From contig JASGJN010000016.1 in NCBI GenBank assembly GCA_049840735.1, positions 11,598-75,597 on the forward strand: DNA of 64,000 bases. The letters run 5' to 3'. Below are positions 37,377-48,419 of this stretch, piece by piece (positions within the stretch are counted from its first letter, which is position 1; each line of letters starts with the position of its first letter). The notes below the pieces were generated by a model that made no database searches, had not been told where the DNA came from, and was given only the letters and a program-made list of their open reading frames with translations. The stretch comes from Anaeromyxobacter sp. (GTDB taxonomy: Bacteria > Myxococcota > Myxococcia > Myxococcales > Anaeromyxobacteraceae). Made by a program: the position numbers and the translations under genes.

Positions 37377-38234
37377 ATGGCGAGAAGGCTCGAGCTGCAC
37401 GCGTGGAATCAGCTGCCGAACACGGCGCAGCAGGGGCGCAGCTGGGCCATCGTCCAGGGTGACTGCCTGGAGGCCCTGGAGCGGCTGCCGCCGCACTCGG
37501 TGGACGTGGCGTTCGCCGACCCGCCCTACCACCTGTCCAACGGCGGGACCACCTGCCAGGCCGGGAGGCGCGTCAGCGTCAACAAGGGCGGCTGGGACGC
37601 CTCCCACGGCGTCGCCGAGGACCACGCCTTCCAGGCCCGCTGGCTCGCCGCCGTGCGCCGGGTGCTGAAGCCCAGCGGCACGATCTGGGTCTCCGGCACG
37701 CAGCACGTGATCTTCTCCATCGGCTTCGCCATGCAGGAGCTGGGCTTCCACCTGCTCAACACCGTCACCTGGTACAAGCCCAACGCCTCGCCCAACCTGG
37801 CCTGCCGGATGTTCACGCACTCGACCGAGATCCTGCTCTGGGCGAGCCCGTCGAAGTCGCGCCCCCTGGCCCACCGCTTCAACTACAAGGCCATGAAGGC
37901 GGAGAACGGCGGCAAGCAGATGCGCGACCTGTGGGAGATCACCGAGCGCCCCGAGCCCGGCGGAGAGCAGGTGGTCTGGAGCCTCCCCACGCCCGGCCCG
38001 CGCGAGAAGGTCCACGGCCGCCACCCCACGCAGAAGCCGCTGGCGCTGCTCCAGCGCGTGCTGGCCGCGAGCACCTCGCCCGGCGACCTGGTGCTGGATC
38101 CGTTCTCCGGCTCGGCCACCACCGGCGTGGCCGCGCTCCAGGCCGGGTGCCGCTTCCTCGGGATGGAGCAGGACCCGGCCTACGTGGACCTGGCCGCGCG
38201 CCGCCTGCGCACGGCCGAGATCGCGCCGGAATAG
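37377..38234 (+). CDS. Orphan beta-class N6/N4 DNA methyltransferase (DpnA/M2.DpnII-like)
   Basis: DPPYHLSNGG, PNLACRMFTHSTE, HPTQKP, DPFSGSATT. Confidence 0.9.
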   Translation: MARRLELHAWNQLPNTAQQGRSWAIVQGDCLEALERLPPHSVDVAFADPPYHLSNGGTTCQAGRRVSVNKGGWDASHGVAEDHAFQARWLAAVRRVLKPSGTIWVSGTQHVIFSIGFAMQELGFHLLNTVTWYKPNASPNLACRMFTHSTEILLWASPSKSRPLAHRFNYKAMKAENGGKQMRDLWEITERPEPGGEQVVWSLPTPGPREKVHGRHPTQKPLALLQRVLAASTSPGDLVLDPFSGSATTGVAALQAGCRFLGMEQDPAYVDLAARRLRTAEIAPE

Positions 38235-38307
38235 GCCCTGCTCGATCGACACGCCTCCCTGGCTCGCGCACCGGCCCCTCCCGGATTCGCTCACGCGGCG
38301 CTCCTGC

Positions 38308-38758
38308 TCAACCCTCGAACACCTTGGCCAGGCGGCTCCGCAGCTCGTCCCTCACCGCGCGGAAGGCGCCGAGTCGCTGCTCCTCGTTCTCCCCGGCCCC
38401 GGCGGGATCGGGCAGCCCCCAGTGGACGCGGAGCGCCTTGCCAAGGAAGACCGGGCACACCTCCTCGGCGCAGAGGGTGATCACCACGTCGACGTCGGCC
38501 GGGGGGATGTCGTTGACGCTCTTCGAATACTGCCCCGAGGCGTCGATCCCGATCTCGGCCATGGCCTTCACCGCGAGGGGGTTGAGCTTGGACGGCTGTG
38601 AGCCCGCCGAGGAGAATCCTCACGGACGATGGGGCCAGCGAGCGGGCGATCCCCTCCCCCAGCTGACTGCGCGCGGAGTTCGCAACGCAGAGGAACAGGA
38701 TGTGGCGGGGCCTGGACTCGCGAATCCGTGCGGCGTCCTGCTCCCAGGCAGCGGTCAA
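38308..38758 (-). CDS. arsC: Arsenate reductase (LMW-PTP family); frameshift near 38615
   Basis: [13 protein letters not shown]; next frame [28 protein letters not shown] start overlaps the acr3 stop. Confidence 0.85.
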
Positions 38759-39903
38759 GGCATCCTCCCGGCCGCGGGGCCCTCGACGGCCACCGCGCAG
38801 TTCGCGACCTTGGCGATCTCCCCCGTCTCCCCGGGGAACCAGCGGTCGCGAAGCTTGAGGGCGACGTTCACGAGCCCGATCAGCACCGGCACCTCGACGA
38901 GCGGCCCGATGACCGCCGCGAACGCCGCACCGTGAGCCATCCCGAAGGTCGCGACCGCGACCGCGATGGCCAGCTCGAAGTTGTTGGACGCCGCGGTGAA
39001 CGAGAGCGTCGCCGTCTGCCCGTAGGGCGCGCCGGCTCTCCGGCTCATCCAGAAGGAGGCGAAGAACATGAGCAGGAAGTAGACGAGGAGCGGGATGGCG
39101 ATCCGGACCACGTCGAACGGCACCTGCACGATGGTCTCGCCCTTGAGCGAGAACATCACCACGATCGTGAGCAGCAGCGCGATGAGGGTGATGGGCGAGA
39201 TCCTCGGGATGAAGACCCTGCGATACCACTCCTCACCCTTCCATGCCCGCAGCCCGAAGCGGCTGGCCATGCCCGCAAGGAACGGAATCCCCAAGTAGAC
39301 GAAGACGCTCCGGGCGATCTGGCCGATGGTGATGTTCACCTCGGCCCCCTGGAGGCCGAGCCAGCCCGGCAGCACGGTGATGAACAGCCACGCGTACACG
39401 GAGAAGAAGAGCACCTGGAAGATCGAGTTGAAGGCGACGAGGCCGGCGCAGTACTCCGTGTCCCCCTTCGCCAGGTCGTTCCAGACGATCACCATGGCGA
39501 TGCAGCGGGCCAGGCCGATCATGATCAGGCCGACCATGTACTCCGGCTTGTCACGCAGGAAGAGGACCGCCAGCGCAAACATCAGGAGCGGTCCGACGAT
39601 CCAGTTCTGGACGAGTGACAGCGAGAGCACCCTCGCGTTGCGGAAGACCTGGGGCAGCTCCTCGTACCGGACCTTGGCGAGCGGCGGGTACATCATGAGG
39701 ATGAGCCCGACGGCGATCGGAACGGACGTCGTCCCGACGCTCAGGCGATCCAGCGCGGGGACCACGCCCGGGACGGCCCAGCCGAGCAGGATGCCTGCGC
39801 CCATGGCCAGGAAGATCCAGAGCGTCAGGTACCGGTCCAGGAACGAGAGGCGCCGAGCGACACCGGCGGCGGGCGGAGGGGCTGCGGTTCCGGGCTGGGA
39901 CAT
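38755..39903 (-). CDS. acr3: Arsenite efflux transporter, ACR3 family
   Basis: [46 protein letters not shown]. Confidence 0.96.
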   Translation of the reverse strand: MSQPGTAAPPPAAGVARRLSFLDRYLTLWIFLAMGAGILLGWAVPGVVPALDRLSVGTTSVPIAVGLILMMYPPLAKVRYEELPQVFRNARVLSLSLVQNWIVGPLLMFALAVLFLRDKPEYMVGLIMIGLARCIAMVIVWNDLAKGDTEYCAGLVAFNSIFQVLFFSVYAWLFITVLPGWLGLQGAEVNITIGQIARSVFVYLGIPFLAGMASRFGLRAWKGEEWYRRVFIPRISPITLIALLLTIVVMFSLKGETIVQVPFDVVRIAIPLLVYFLLMFFASFWMSRRAGAPYGQTATLSFTAASNNFELAIAVAVATFGMAHGAAFAAVIGPLVEVPVLIGLVNVALKLRDRWFPGETGEIAKVANCAVAVEGPAAGRMP

Positions 39904-40078
39904 GTGGATGTCGTCTCCTGGAGGCTTCCGACGAGGGACTCGAGCCGGCGGAGCGTCCGCGATTCGATGTAGCAGCAGACGCGAGGCCCGTCGATGTCCC
40001 CTCGGATCAGCCCGGCGTCCTTCAGCACCTTGAGGTGCTGGGAGGCGGTGGACTGCGCGAGCGGCAGCTCATCGAACC
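39825..40078 (-). pseudogene. arsR: 5'-truncated ArsR family repressor
   Basis: [36 protein letters not shown] present; N-terminal half missing; starts ~35 bp after the czcA-like stop. Confidence 0.75.
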
Positions 40079-40110
40079 GCGGGGCGCCTTGGCTTTCGAG
40101 GGAAGCCCTC

Positions 40111-43100
40111 TCATGAGGCCGAGCTCCCCGGAGCACCAGGCGCCGCCGCCGCGGCGGCCCGCTCGCGCCGGCCCGCCAGCAGCGCGTAGAGCGAGGGCAC
40201 CACCAGCAGCGTGAGCAGGGTGGAGCTGACCAGGCCGCCCATGACCACCACCGCCAGCGGCTTCTGGATGTCCGCGCCGGAGCCGGTGGCGTAGAGCATG
40301 GGCAGGTGGCCGATGAAGCTGGTGAGCGCCGTCATGAGCAGCGGCCGGAAGCGCAGGCTGCAGCCCTCGGTCACGGTGTCGGCGACCGAGCAGCCCCGGG
40401 CCCGGAGCTGCTGGAAGAAGGCCACCAGCACCACCCCGTTCTGCACCGCCACCCCGAGCAGCACGATGAAGGCGACGGCGGCCGAGACGGAGAGCGGCAG
40501 GCCGAACGCCACCACCGCCACCACCCCGCCCACCAGCGCGAACGGGAGGTTGAGCAGCACCAGCCCCGCGTGCGGGACCGAGCCGAGCGCCAGGTAGAGC
40601 AGCAGGAACACCAGCGCCAGCGCAACCGGCACCACCACCGCCAGTCGCTGCATGGCCCGCTGCTGGTTCTCGAACTGGCCGCCCAGGCGCAGGAAGTAGC
40701 CGGGCGGCAGCTCCTGCTCGATGGGGCGGAGCCGGGCGCGGACGTCCTCGACGAAGCCGCCCAGGTCGCGGCCGCGGACGTTGGCCTCCACCACCACCCG
40801 GCGCATGCCGTCCTCGCGGCTGACCTGCGCGGGCGCCTCCACCAGGTCGAACCGCGCCAGCTGCCGCAGCGGCACGCGCTCGCCGTCGGGCCCCGGCACC
40901 AGGAGGTGGCCGATCTCGCTCCAGGTCGGCCCGGCGGTCCTCCGGGAACCGGACCGTGACCGCGAAGCGCCGCTCGCCCTCGATGAGCGTGGTGGCCTGG
41001 CGGCCGCCGACGGCGGTTCCGACGGTGTCGTTGACGTCGCCGACGCGGATGCCGAAACGCGCGGCGGCCTCGCGGTCGATGGCGAGATCGTGCTGGGGCA
41101 GCCCCGAGACCTGCTCCACCTTGACGTCCCCGGCGCCGGGCACCCCGGTCACGGCCGCGCCGATGCGGTCGGCGAACCCCTTGAGGACCCCGAGGTCCGG
41201 GCCGAACACCTTCACCGCCAGGTCGCTCTTCACGCCGGAGATGAGCTCGTTCACCCGGAGCGCGATGGGCTGCGAGAAGGAGAGCCGCAGCCCGGGGACC
41301 TCGCCGAGCTCGGCCCGGATGGCCTCCACCAGCTCCGCCTTGCTGCGCCCCGTGCTCCAGGCCTTGCGCGGCCGGAGCATGACGAGCAGGTCGGTCTGCT
41401 CGGGGCCCATGGGGTCCTCGGAGATCTCGGCGCGGCCGGTCTTCGACACGACCGCCTCGACCTCGGGGAAGGTCCGCAGCCGCTGCTCGAAGTAGGTGGC
41501 CACCTCGACCGAGCCGGCCAGCGAGGCGCTGGGGAGCCGGACCACGTTGACGGCGATGGCCCCCTCGTCCAGCGGCGGCATGAACTCGGTCCCCACCAGC
41601 GGGATTAGCGCGGCCGAGCCCAAGAGCGCGGCGGCGCTCGCGCCCAGGGTGATGCGCGGGTGCGCCACGGCGGAGGCGAGCAGCCGGAGGTAGCCCTGGT
41701 GCAGCCGGCGGACCGGCCGGAACTCGCGCTCCGGGGCCTGGCGGAGCAGCGAGGCGGAGAGGACCGGCACGCAGGTGAGCGCCACGACCAGGGAGACCAG
41801 CAGGGCGATGAGCATGGTGCTGGCGAGCGGGGCGAACATCTTCCCCTCCACCCCCTCCAGGGCGTAGAGCGGCACCAGGATCACCGCGATCACCAGCACC
41901 GAGAAGGCCACCGGGCGGGCCACCTCCCGGACCGCCATGGCGATGACGTCGTGGCGGCTGCGCTCGCGGTCCTCGGCCAGGTGCCGGCGCACGTTCTCGA
42001 CCACCACGATGGACGCGTCCACCACCATGCCGACCGAGAAGGCCAGGCCGCCCAGCGACATGAGGTTGGAGGTGAGGCCCGCCCAGCCCATCACGATGAA
42101 GGAGACCAGGAACGTGAACGGGAGGGAGAAGAGGACCACCACGGCGGTGCGCAGCTCGGCCACGAACAGGAACAGCACCACGATCACCAGCAGGCCGCCC
42201 TCGAGCAGCGCGTCCACCACGGTCTCGACGCAGGCCTCGATGAGCGAGGTGCGGTCGTAGAACACGTCGATGCGCGCGCCCGGCGGCAGGGTGCCCTGGG
42301 CCTGGGCGATGGCGCCCTTCACCCGCCCCACCACCTCGCGCGCGTTCGCGCCCTTCAGCATGATGACCATGCCGGCCACGACCTCGCCGCGGCCGTCCCG
42401 CGTGACGGCGCCCTGGCGCGGCTCGGCGCCCACCACCACGTCGGCCACGTCGCGCAGGTAGACCGGGGAGCCGTCGTGGGCGCCGAGCACGATCCGCTCG
42501 ATGTCCGGGATGTCGCGCAGGAGCCCGACCCCTCGCAGGTAGGTCTGCTCCCAGCCGGCCACCACCACGCCGCCGGCGGCGTTCCCGTTGGACCGCTCGA
42601 TGGCCTCGGCCACCTCGCGGACCGTGAGGTGGAACTTGAGCAGCCAATCCGGATCGACCAGGACCTGGTACTGCTTCGCCTGGCCGCCGAAGCTGTTCAC
42701 CTCGTTGACGCCGGGGATGGGGCGGAGCTGCGGCGCCAGCACCCAGTCCTGCAGCGTGCGGAGCTCCATGGCGGAGAGCCCGTCGCCGGTCAGGGTGTAC
42801 TGGAAGATCTCGCCCAGGCCGGTGGAGGTGGGGCCCAGCTCCGGCTCCATGCCGGGCGGGAGGTGCTCTCGCGCGCCCGCCAGGCGCTCGAAGACCACCT
42901 GCCGCGTCCAGTAGGTGTCGGCGCCGTCCTCGAACACCACCACCACCTGCGAGAGCTCGGCCTTGGAGAGGGACCGGACCTGCAGGACCCGGGGCAGGCC
43001 GCGCATCGCCTGCTCGATGGGGAAGCTGACCCGCTGCTCCACGTCCACCGCGGCCAGCCCGGGCGCCTTGGTCAGGACCATGACCTGCGTGTTGGTCACG

Positions 43101-43216
43101 TCCGGGAAGGCGTCGATGGGGAGCCGCTGCCAGGCGACGCCGCCCGCGACGGCCAGGGCCGCGGTGACGCCCAGCACCAGCAGGCGGTTCTTCAGCAACC
43201 AGTCGATGAAGGGCAT
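40111..43216 (-). CDS. czcA: Heavy-metal RND efflux permease (CzcA/CusA family); frameshift near 40918
   Basis: [55 protein letters not shown]. Confidence 0.92.
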
Positions 43217-43224
43217 GGGGGCAC

Positions 43225-44553
43225 CTAGTCCGCGCAGCCCGCGCCCATCTTGGAGCGCAGGACGTCCGACTTGAGGAGGAAGGCGCCGTCGGCGGCGAGG
43301 GTCTCGCCGCCGGCCAGGCCCGCGATCTCGACCCACTCGCCCCATCGCCGGCCAGGGGTCACCGGGCGGCGGATCCAGTACTCGCCGTGGTGCCGGAGGA
43401 ACACGAAGGACCGCCCCTCGTCGGAGAGGACGGCGCTGGCCGGGACCGCCAGCGCCTCCTCCGCGCCGGGCACGAAGACCCTCACGCCGGCGAACATGCC
43501 GGCCCGCAGGCGCGCCTCCCCGTCCGCCACGGCGACGCGGAGCTTCACGGTGCGGGTGCGCTCGTCCATGCTCGGGCCCACCAGGTCGACCTTCCCAGGG
43601 AACGTGGTGCCCGGGAAGGCCCGCACCTCCACCTCGGCGCGGAGCGCGCCCGCACGCCTGGCCTCCAGCACGCGCCCGAGCTGGTCCTCGTGCAGATCGG
43701 CCCAGACCCACACCGAGCCGACGTCTCCCACGGTGGCGATGCTCTCCTCCGGCTTGACCAGCTCGCCCGGGACCGCGTGCAGCTCCAGCACGACGCCGTC
43801 CACCGGTGCGCGGACCACCAGCCCGCCGGCGCCGGCGGCCTCGCGTCCCGCCGCGAGCTGGGCCGGCGAGGCGCCGAGCCGCCGCAGCCGCTCCTCCGCG
43901 CCGCGGGCGCGGATGCTGGCCTCCTCCAGCTCCTGGCGTGCGGCCAGGTACTCCTTCTCGGAGGTGATCTGCTCGGCGCGCAGCCGGGTCTGCCGGTCGG
44001 CGGCGGCCTCGGCCAGCTGCAGGGCCGCCCGGGCGGACAGGAGCTCGCTCTCGGCCTCGCCCAGCTGCACGCTCTCCAGCTCCAGCAGCGCCTGGCCGCG
44101 GCGGACGCGCTCGCCCAGCGTGGCGTGGACGCGGCGCACCACGCCCTCGACGCGCGGCGCGACGTGGGCCACGCGGCGCTCGTCCAGCCGGACCTCGCCG
44201 GTGAGCCGCACGGGCGCCTCGACCCGCCGCCGCGCGGCGGTGGCAGAGCGCACGAGCCCGGCGTCGAGGAGCTTCACGGGGACCCGGACCACGCCCACCT
44301 CGTACCGGCACTCCTCGCAGGTGTGGGTGAGCCGGTCGTGCTCGCAGCGGGCGGCCAGCAGCTCGTCCACGGGACGGTCCAGGTCGGAGGTCTCGCCCTC
44401 CTCCGAGCCGTGGTCGTGCTCCTCCTCGCCACCCTGGACGGCGGGGGTGGGGGTGGGCGCGGCCGGGGCCGGCGGGGCTTCACCCTGCGCGCAGGCGGTG
44501 AGGAGGGCGGCGGCGACGATGAAGGGGATGACGGCGGGCTGGAGGCGGTTCAT
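43225..44553 (-). CDS. czcB: Heavy-metal efflux MFP (CzcB-like) with His/Cys-rich N-terminus
   Basis: LTAC lipobox; HDH, CEH...CEEC; VRAPVDG, RTRTVKLR, LRAGMF. Confidence 0.88.
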   Translation of the reverse strand: MNRLQPAVIPFIVAAALLTACAQGEAPPAPAAPTPTPAVQGGEEEHDHGSEEGETSDLDRPVDELLAARCEHDRLTHTCEECRYEVGVVRVPVKLLDAGLVRSATAARRRVEAPVRLTGEVRLDERRVAHVAPRVEGVVRRVHATLGERVRRGQALLELESVQLGEAESELLSARAALQLAEAAADRQTRLRAEQITSEKEYLAARQELEEASIRARGAEERLRRLGASPAQLAAGREAAGAGGLVVRAPVDGVVLELHAVPGELVKPEESIATVGDVGSVWVWADLHEDQLGRVLEARRAGALRAEVEVRAFPGTTFPGKVDLVGPSMDERTRTVKLRVAVADGEARLRAGMFAGVRVFVPGAEEALAVPASAVLSDEGRSFVFLRHHGEYWIRRPVTPGRRWGEWVEIAGLAGGETLAADGAFLLKSDVLRSKMGAGCAD

Positions 44554-45767
44554 GGCAGATCCTGACCGGCGAGGAGGTGGAGCGCGCCGCACACGAGATC
44601 CCGCTCGCGGGCGCTGGAGAGGGCTTCACGGCGGGCGTCGAGCAGCACGCGGCGGGCGTCGAGGACGTCGAGCAGGCCCACCTCGCCCAGCTGGAAGGTG
44701 CGCTCCAGGGTGCGGGCCGCGGACTCGGCCAGCGGCAGCACGCTCTTCTCCTGCCGCCCGGCGCTGTCGCGCGCCCGCCTGCAGGCCGCGGCGGCGGAGG
44801 CGCGCTCCGCCTCCACGGCGCGCCGCTCGGCCTCGGCCTCCGCGGCGGCGGCCTGCGCCAGCGCCTCCGCGCGCCGGACCTCCCCGCCCTTCCAGTTCCA
44901 CAGCGGCAGCTCCAGGGTGAGCCGGCCGCCGACCGCGTCGCGGTCGAGCTCGCTGGCCCGGTACGCGCCCACGCTGAACGCGGGCAGCCGCGCGCGGTGC
45001 GCCCCCACCGCGTCGGCCTGCGCCCCGGCGGCGCGGGCGAGCGCGGCCCGGACGCGCGGGTGGCGCGCCAGCCCGTCGGCCTCGGCCGGCGGGAGCTCCG
45101 GCAGCGACGGGGCGGGCGCGACCGAGCCGACCGGGCCCCCCAGCCAGGCGCCGAGCGCGGCCAGCGCCTGGTCCTGGCTGGCCTGGGCGGCCGCCACCTC
45201 GGCCCGCACCCGCTCCAGCTCCGCCTCGGTGCGGGTGATCTCGATGGGGCGCCCCTCTCCTGCCTCCACGCGGCGCCGCACCAGCCCGGCCAGCGCCTCC
45301 ACCTGCTGCGCGGTCGCCACCAGCGTCGAGAGCTCGGTCTGGGCGTGCCCCGCCTCGACGAACAGCGTCCACAGCGCCACGCGCACCTCGGCGCGCAGCG
45401 CCTCGCGTCCCGCCCGCGCCTCGTCGGCGCCGGCCCGGGCGGCGTCCACCGCCGGCCCTCGCCGCGCCAGCCAGTCCAGCGGGAGCGTGACGGCCAGCTC
45501 CCACTCGCCGCCCGCGTCGCCGCCCTCGCGCGCCTGGGCATGGCCTGCGGCCAGCTCCAGCTCCGGGTTGGGGATGGCCCCGGCCGCGGACACCGAGGCG
45601 TCGGCGGCCGAGGCGCGGGCCTGGGCCGCCGAGACGCGGGGGTCGCGCTCCAGGGCGGCCTCGATCTCCGACCAGGCCAGGGGGTGCTCGGGTGCGACCT
45701 CTGCTGCGCCGGCCACGGCGCCGCTGGCGAGCGCGATGGCGCCCGCCAGGACCTTCAGGTTCTTCAC
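44550..45767 (-). CDS. czcC: TolC family outer-membrane protein (CzcC-like)
   Basis: Signal peptide; IPNPELE, LPLWNWKGG, FQLGEVGLLDVLDARR. Confidence 0.85.
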   Translation of the reverse strand: MKNLKVLAGAIALASGAVAGAAEVAPEHPLAWSEIEAALERDPRVSAAQARASAADASVSAAGAIPNPELELAAGHAQAREGGDAGGEWELAVTLPLDWLARRGPAVDAARAGADEARAGREALRAEVRVALWTLFVEAGHAQTELSTLVATAQQVEALAGLVRRRVEAGEGRPIEITRTEAELERVRAEVAAAQASQDQALAALGAWLGGPVGSVAPAPSLPELPPAEADGLARHPRVRAALARAAGAQADAVGAHRARLPAFSVGAYRASELDRDAVGGRLTLELPLWNWKGGEVRRAEALAQAAAAEAEAERRAVEAERASAAAACRRARDSAGRQEKSVLPLAESAARTLERTFQLGEVGLLDVLDARRVLLDARREALSSARERDLVCGALHLLAGQDLP

Positions 45768-45875
45768 GTCCGACTCCGGGAAAGGGTGTGGCGGACGCCG
45801 CGCACGGCGCGGCGGCACGGGCAGGGCGACGCGCGACCGGAGGGTCGCGGTCAGCCCGGGAGCACCTTCACGGGA

Positions 45876-46196
45876 TCAGGCGATCGGCGGCCTGAACGGC
45901 CGGGACGCAGCGCCGTCGGGGTCGGGCTCGGTCACGGGGGTGAGCCCGTGCGCCGCGGGCGGCGCCTCGACCAGCGGGAGGACCACCGCGGACGAGGCCA
46001 TGGCGAGGTTGGTGCAGCAGGCGCAGTGGTGCCAGACCGGGCCGCAGCCGTGCTCGGGACCCTGGCCGTCATCGCAAGGATCGCCGGCGGTGTGCGGAAG
46101 GTGCCCCTCCACGGCCACATGGACCACCGCCTCCACGGCCTCGGCGAGGTCGGGGGCGAGGCCGTTGATCAGGGCGAGGACGAGCAGCCAGCGCAC
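45876..46196 (-). CDS. Small exported His/Cys-rich protein ending RPPIA (CzcI/DUF2946-like leader)
   Basis: Hydrophobic N-terminus, EHGCGPVWHHCACC, C-terminal RPFRPPIA; directly upstream of czcC. Confidence 0.7.
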   Translation of the reverse strand: MRWLLVLALINGLAPDLAEAVEAVVHVAVEGHLPHTAGDPCDDGQGPEHGCGPVWHHCACCTNLAMASSAVVLPLVEAPPAAHGLTPVTEPDPDGAASRPFRPPIA

Positions 46197-46376
46197 GGGC
46201 CTGGATGTTATCGAACCTGGCCGCCAGGGAGCAACCGGAAGCACGGCGCGGGCGGACGCGGCCCTGCGCGTCGCGCCCGAGTGCCCCAGCACCCGCCGCC
46301 GCTCCCGGCAGCAGGCGGGCGCCCGCCCCGCCCCGGTCCCTGCCCGGGCACCGGGGCGGTGGCTACATTCCCGACC

Positions 46377-47216
46377 GTGACCCCCACGGCCGCAGAGGCG
46401 CTGCTCCCCCTCATCGGCCTGGTCGCGTTCCTCCTCTCCACGCTGGCGATCTTCGCCGCGCGCGCGGTGCTGGTGGGACGGCCGCACACGCCGGACATCG
46501 AGAAGCGGCAGCGCTCCTTCCTGGCCAAGTTCTTCCAGGAGTGGTGGATCTGGCTCTACACGCCGGCGGAGCGGGCCTGCCTGCGCCTGCGGATCTCGCC
46601 CGACGCCATCACCCTGGCGAGCACCGTGGTCACCGCCGGCTCGGCGGTGCTGATCGGCTTCGGGTGGCTCTCGCTGGGCGGCTGGGTCTTCCTGTTCGCG
46701 TCCTCGTTCGACTTCATCGACGGCCGGGTGGCCCGGGCCACGGGCCGGGTCAGCCGGGCCGGCGCCTTCCTCGACTCGACGCTCGATCGCGTGGGCGAGC
46801 TGCTGGTGTTCGGCGGCCTGGCGGTGGCGTTCCGCGGCACCCCGGTGCTGTTCGCGGCGCTGGGCGCCGCCGGCGCGTCGGTGCTGGTCTCCTACGCCCG
46901 GGCCCGCGGCGAGGCGCTGGGCGCCGGGGAGGCGGCCAAGGTGGGCGGGATGCAGCGGCCGGAGCGGGTGGTGGTGACCGGGGTCTCCCTCGCCCTCTCG
47001 CCCCTGGCCGAGGCCGCCTGGGGACCGGGGAGCGGACGGGGGCTGGTGGGCACGGCGCTGACCGCCCTGGCCGTCTTCGCAGCCTTCACCGCCGCCCGCC
47101 GGACCTGGGTCATCTACCGGAGCCTGCGCGGCGCCGACCCCGCGCCCGCCGCCCGCCCGCCCTTCAGGCTCGCCGACGTCTTCCGCCTGGAGCCCCGCCG
47201 GAAGGTCGTGCGGTAG
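46377..47216 (+). CDS. CDP-alcohol phosphatidyltransferase
   Basis: DFIDGRVARATGRVSRAGAFLDSTLDR. Confidence 0.92.
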   Translation: MTPTAAEALLPLIGLVAFLLSTLAIFAARAVLVGRPHTPDIEKRQRSFLAKFFQEWWIWLYTPAERACLRLRISPDAITLASTVVTAGSAVLIGFGWLSLGGWVFLFASSFDFIDGRVARATGRVSRAGAFLDSTLDRVGELLVFGGLAVAFRGTPVLFAALGAAGASVLVSYARARGEALGAGEAAKVGGMQRPERVVVTGVSLALSPLAEAAWGPGSGRGLVGTALTALAVFAAFTAARRTWVIYRSLRGADPAPAARPPFRLADVFRLEPRRKVVR

Positions 47217-47322
47217 GCGCCGACCTCCCGGAAGGGACGTGCGCCAGGGGGAACGCCCCGGGGACCGCCGCGCGCCTCCGGCGTTCGTTGCCGCCCCCTG
47301 GATCGCATGGTAAGGGGGGTGC

Positions 47323-48419
47323 GTGAGAGGCCCTCCCCCGCGCCACCCCGACGAGCCCCGCGAGCAGCTCCCCGCCGTCGAAGGCTTCATCGCCGATGCC
47401 GCCGAGCTGAAACCCGGAGTGCGGGTGGTCTACCCGAACCAGGGCGTCTGCGCCGTCATCGGGCTCGAGGAGAAGGACATCGCCGGCCAGAAGCTGCAGC
47501 TGGTCCGCATGACGCGCGAGGAGGACGGCGCGACGGTGATGGTGCCGCGCAACAAGGTGCCGTCCATCGGGCTGCGCAAGGTGGCCTCGGGCGACCAGAT
47601 CGAGGGCGTCTTCCACTACCTGGGCGCCGTCTTCGACGACCCCGAGCTGGACTGGAAGGTGCGCCACCGCGACAACGCCGACCGGCTCATCGCGGGCGGC
47701 ATCCTGGGCGTGGCTGAGGTGGTGAAGGGGCTCCACTCGCTCTCGCGCATCCGCCCGCTGCCGGCCAAGGAGCGCGAGCAGTACGACAACGCGCGCCACC
47801 TGCTGGTGCACGAGGTGGCGGTCTCGCTGCAGGTCCCGGCCGGCGTGGCCGAGGACTACATCGACTACGCGCTCATGCCGCCGGCCGGGGTGAAGTTCGA
47901 CCTCAAGCCCCCGCCGCCGCCCGTGCTGCTCCCCTCCCGCCCGAAGAAGCGCAAGGTGGTGGCGGACGAGGAGGACGGCGGGCTGGGCGATCTTGGGCTG
48001 GGCGATCTCGGCATCGACATCGACCTGGCCGGTGCGCTGGAGGGCGAGCCGGGCGACCCGGCAGCCGCCGAGGCCGGCGAGGGCGCGGAGGCCGCAGAGG
48101 GCAGCGCCGAGGGGGCCGAGGCCGCGCCCGCCGAGGGTGAAGGGGCCGAGCGCGCCGACGAGGCCGAGGAGGCGCCGGAGGACGACGGCGACGAGGCCCC
48201 CGCGCCGCGCGCGCGAAGGCCGAGAAGCCGGCGCCCAAGGCCGCCAAGGCGGCGGAGAAGGCGCCCAGGGCCGCCGCGAAGAAGGCGCCGGCGGAGAAGC
48301 CCAAGAAGGAGAAGGCGCCCGCGAAGAAGGCGGCCGCCGAGAAGCCGAAGAAGGAGAAGCCCGCCGCGAAGAAGCCCGCGGCCAAGCCGGCGGCCAAGGC
48401 CAAGGGGAAGAAGAAGTGA
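47323..48419 (+). CDS. carD: CarD transcription regulator with acidic region and histone H1-like K/A/P tail; frameshift near 48213
   Basis: VVYPNQGVC CarD_TRCF domain, DWKVRHR; acidic linker; next frame KAEKPAPKAAKAAEK...KGKKK*. Confidence 0.85.

Noticed and set aside
37377..38234. Complete restriction-modification system
   Set aside because: Flanked by queG and arsC; no endonuclease gene
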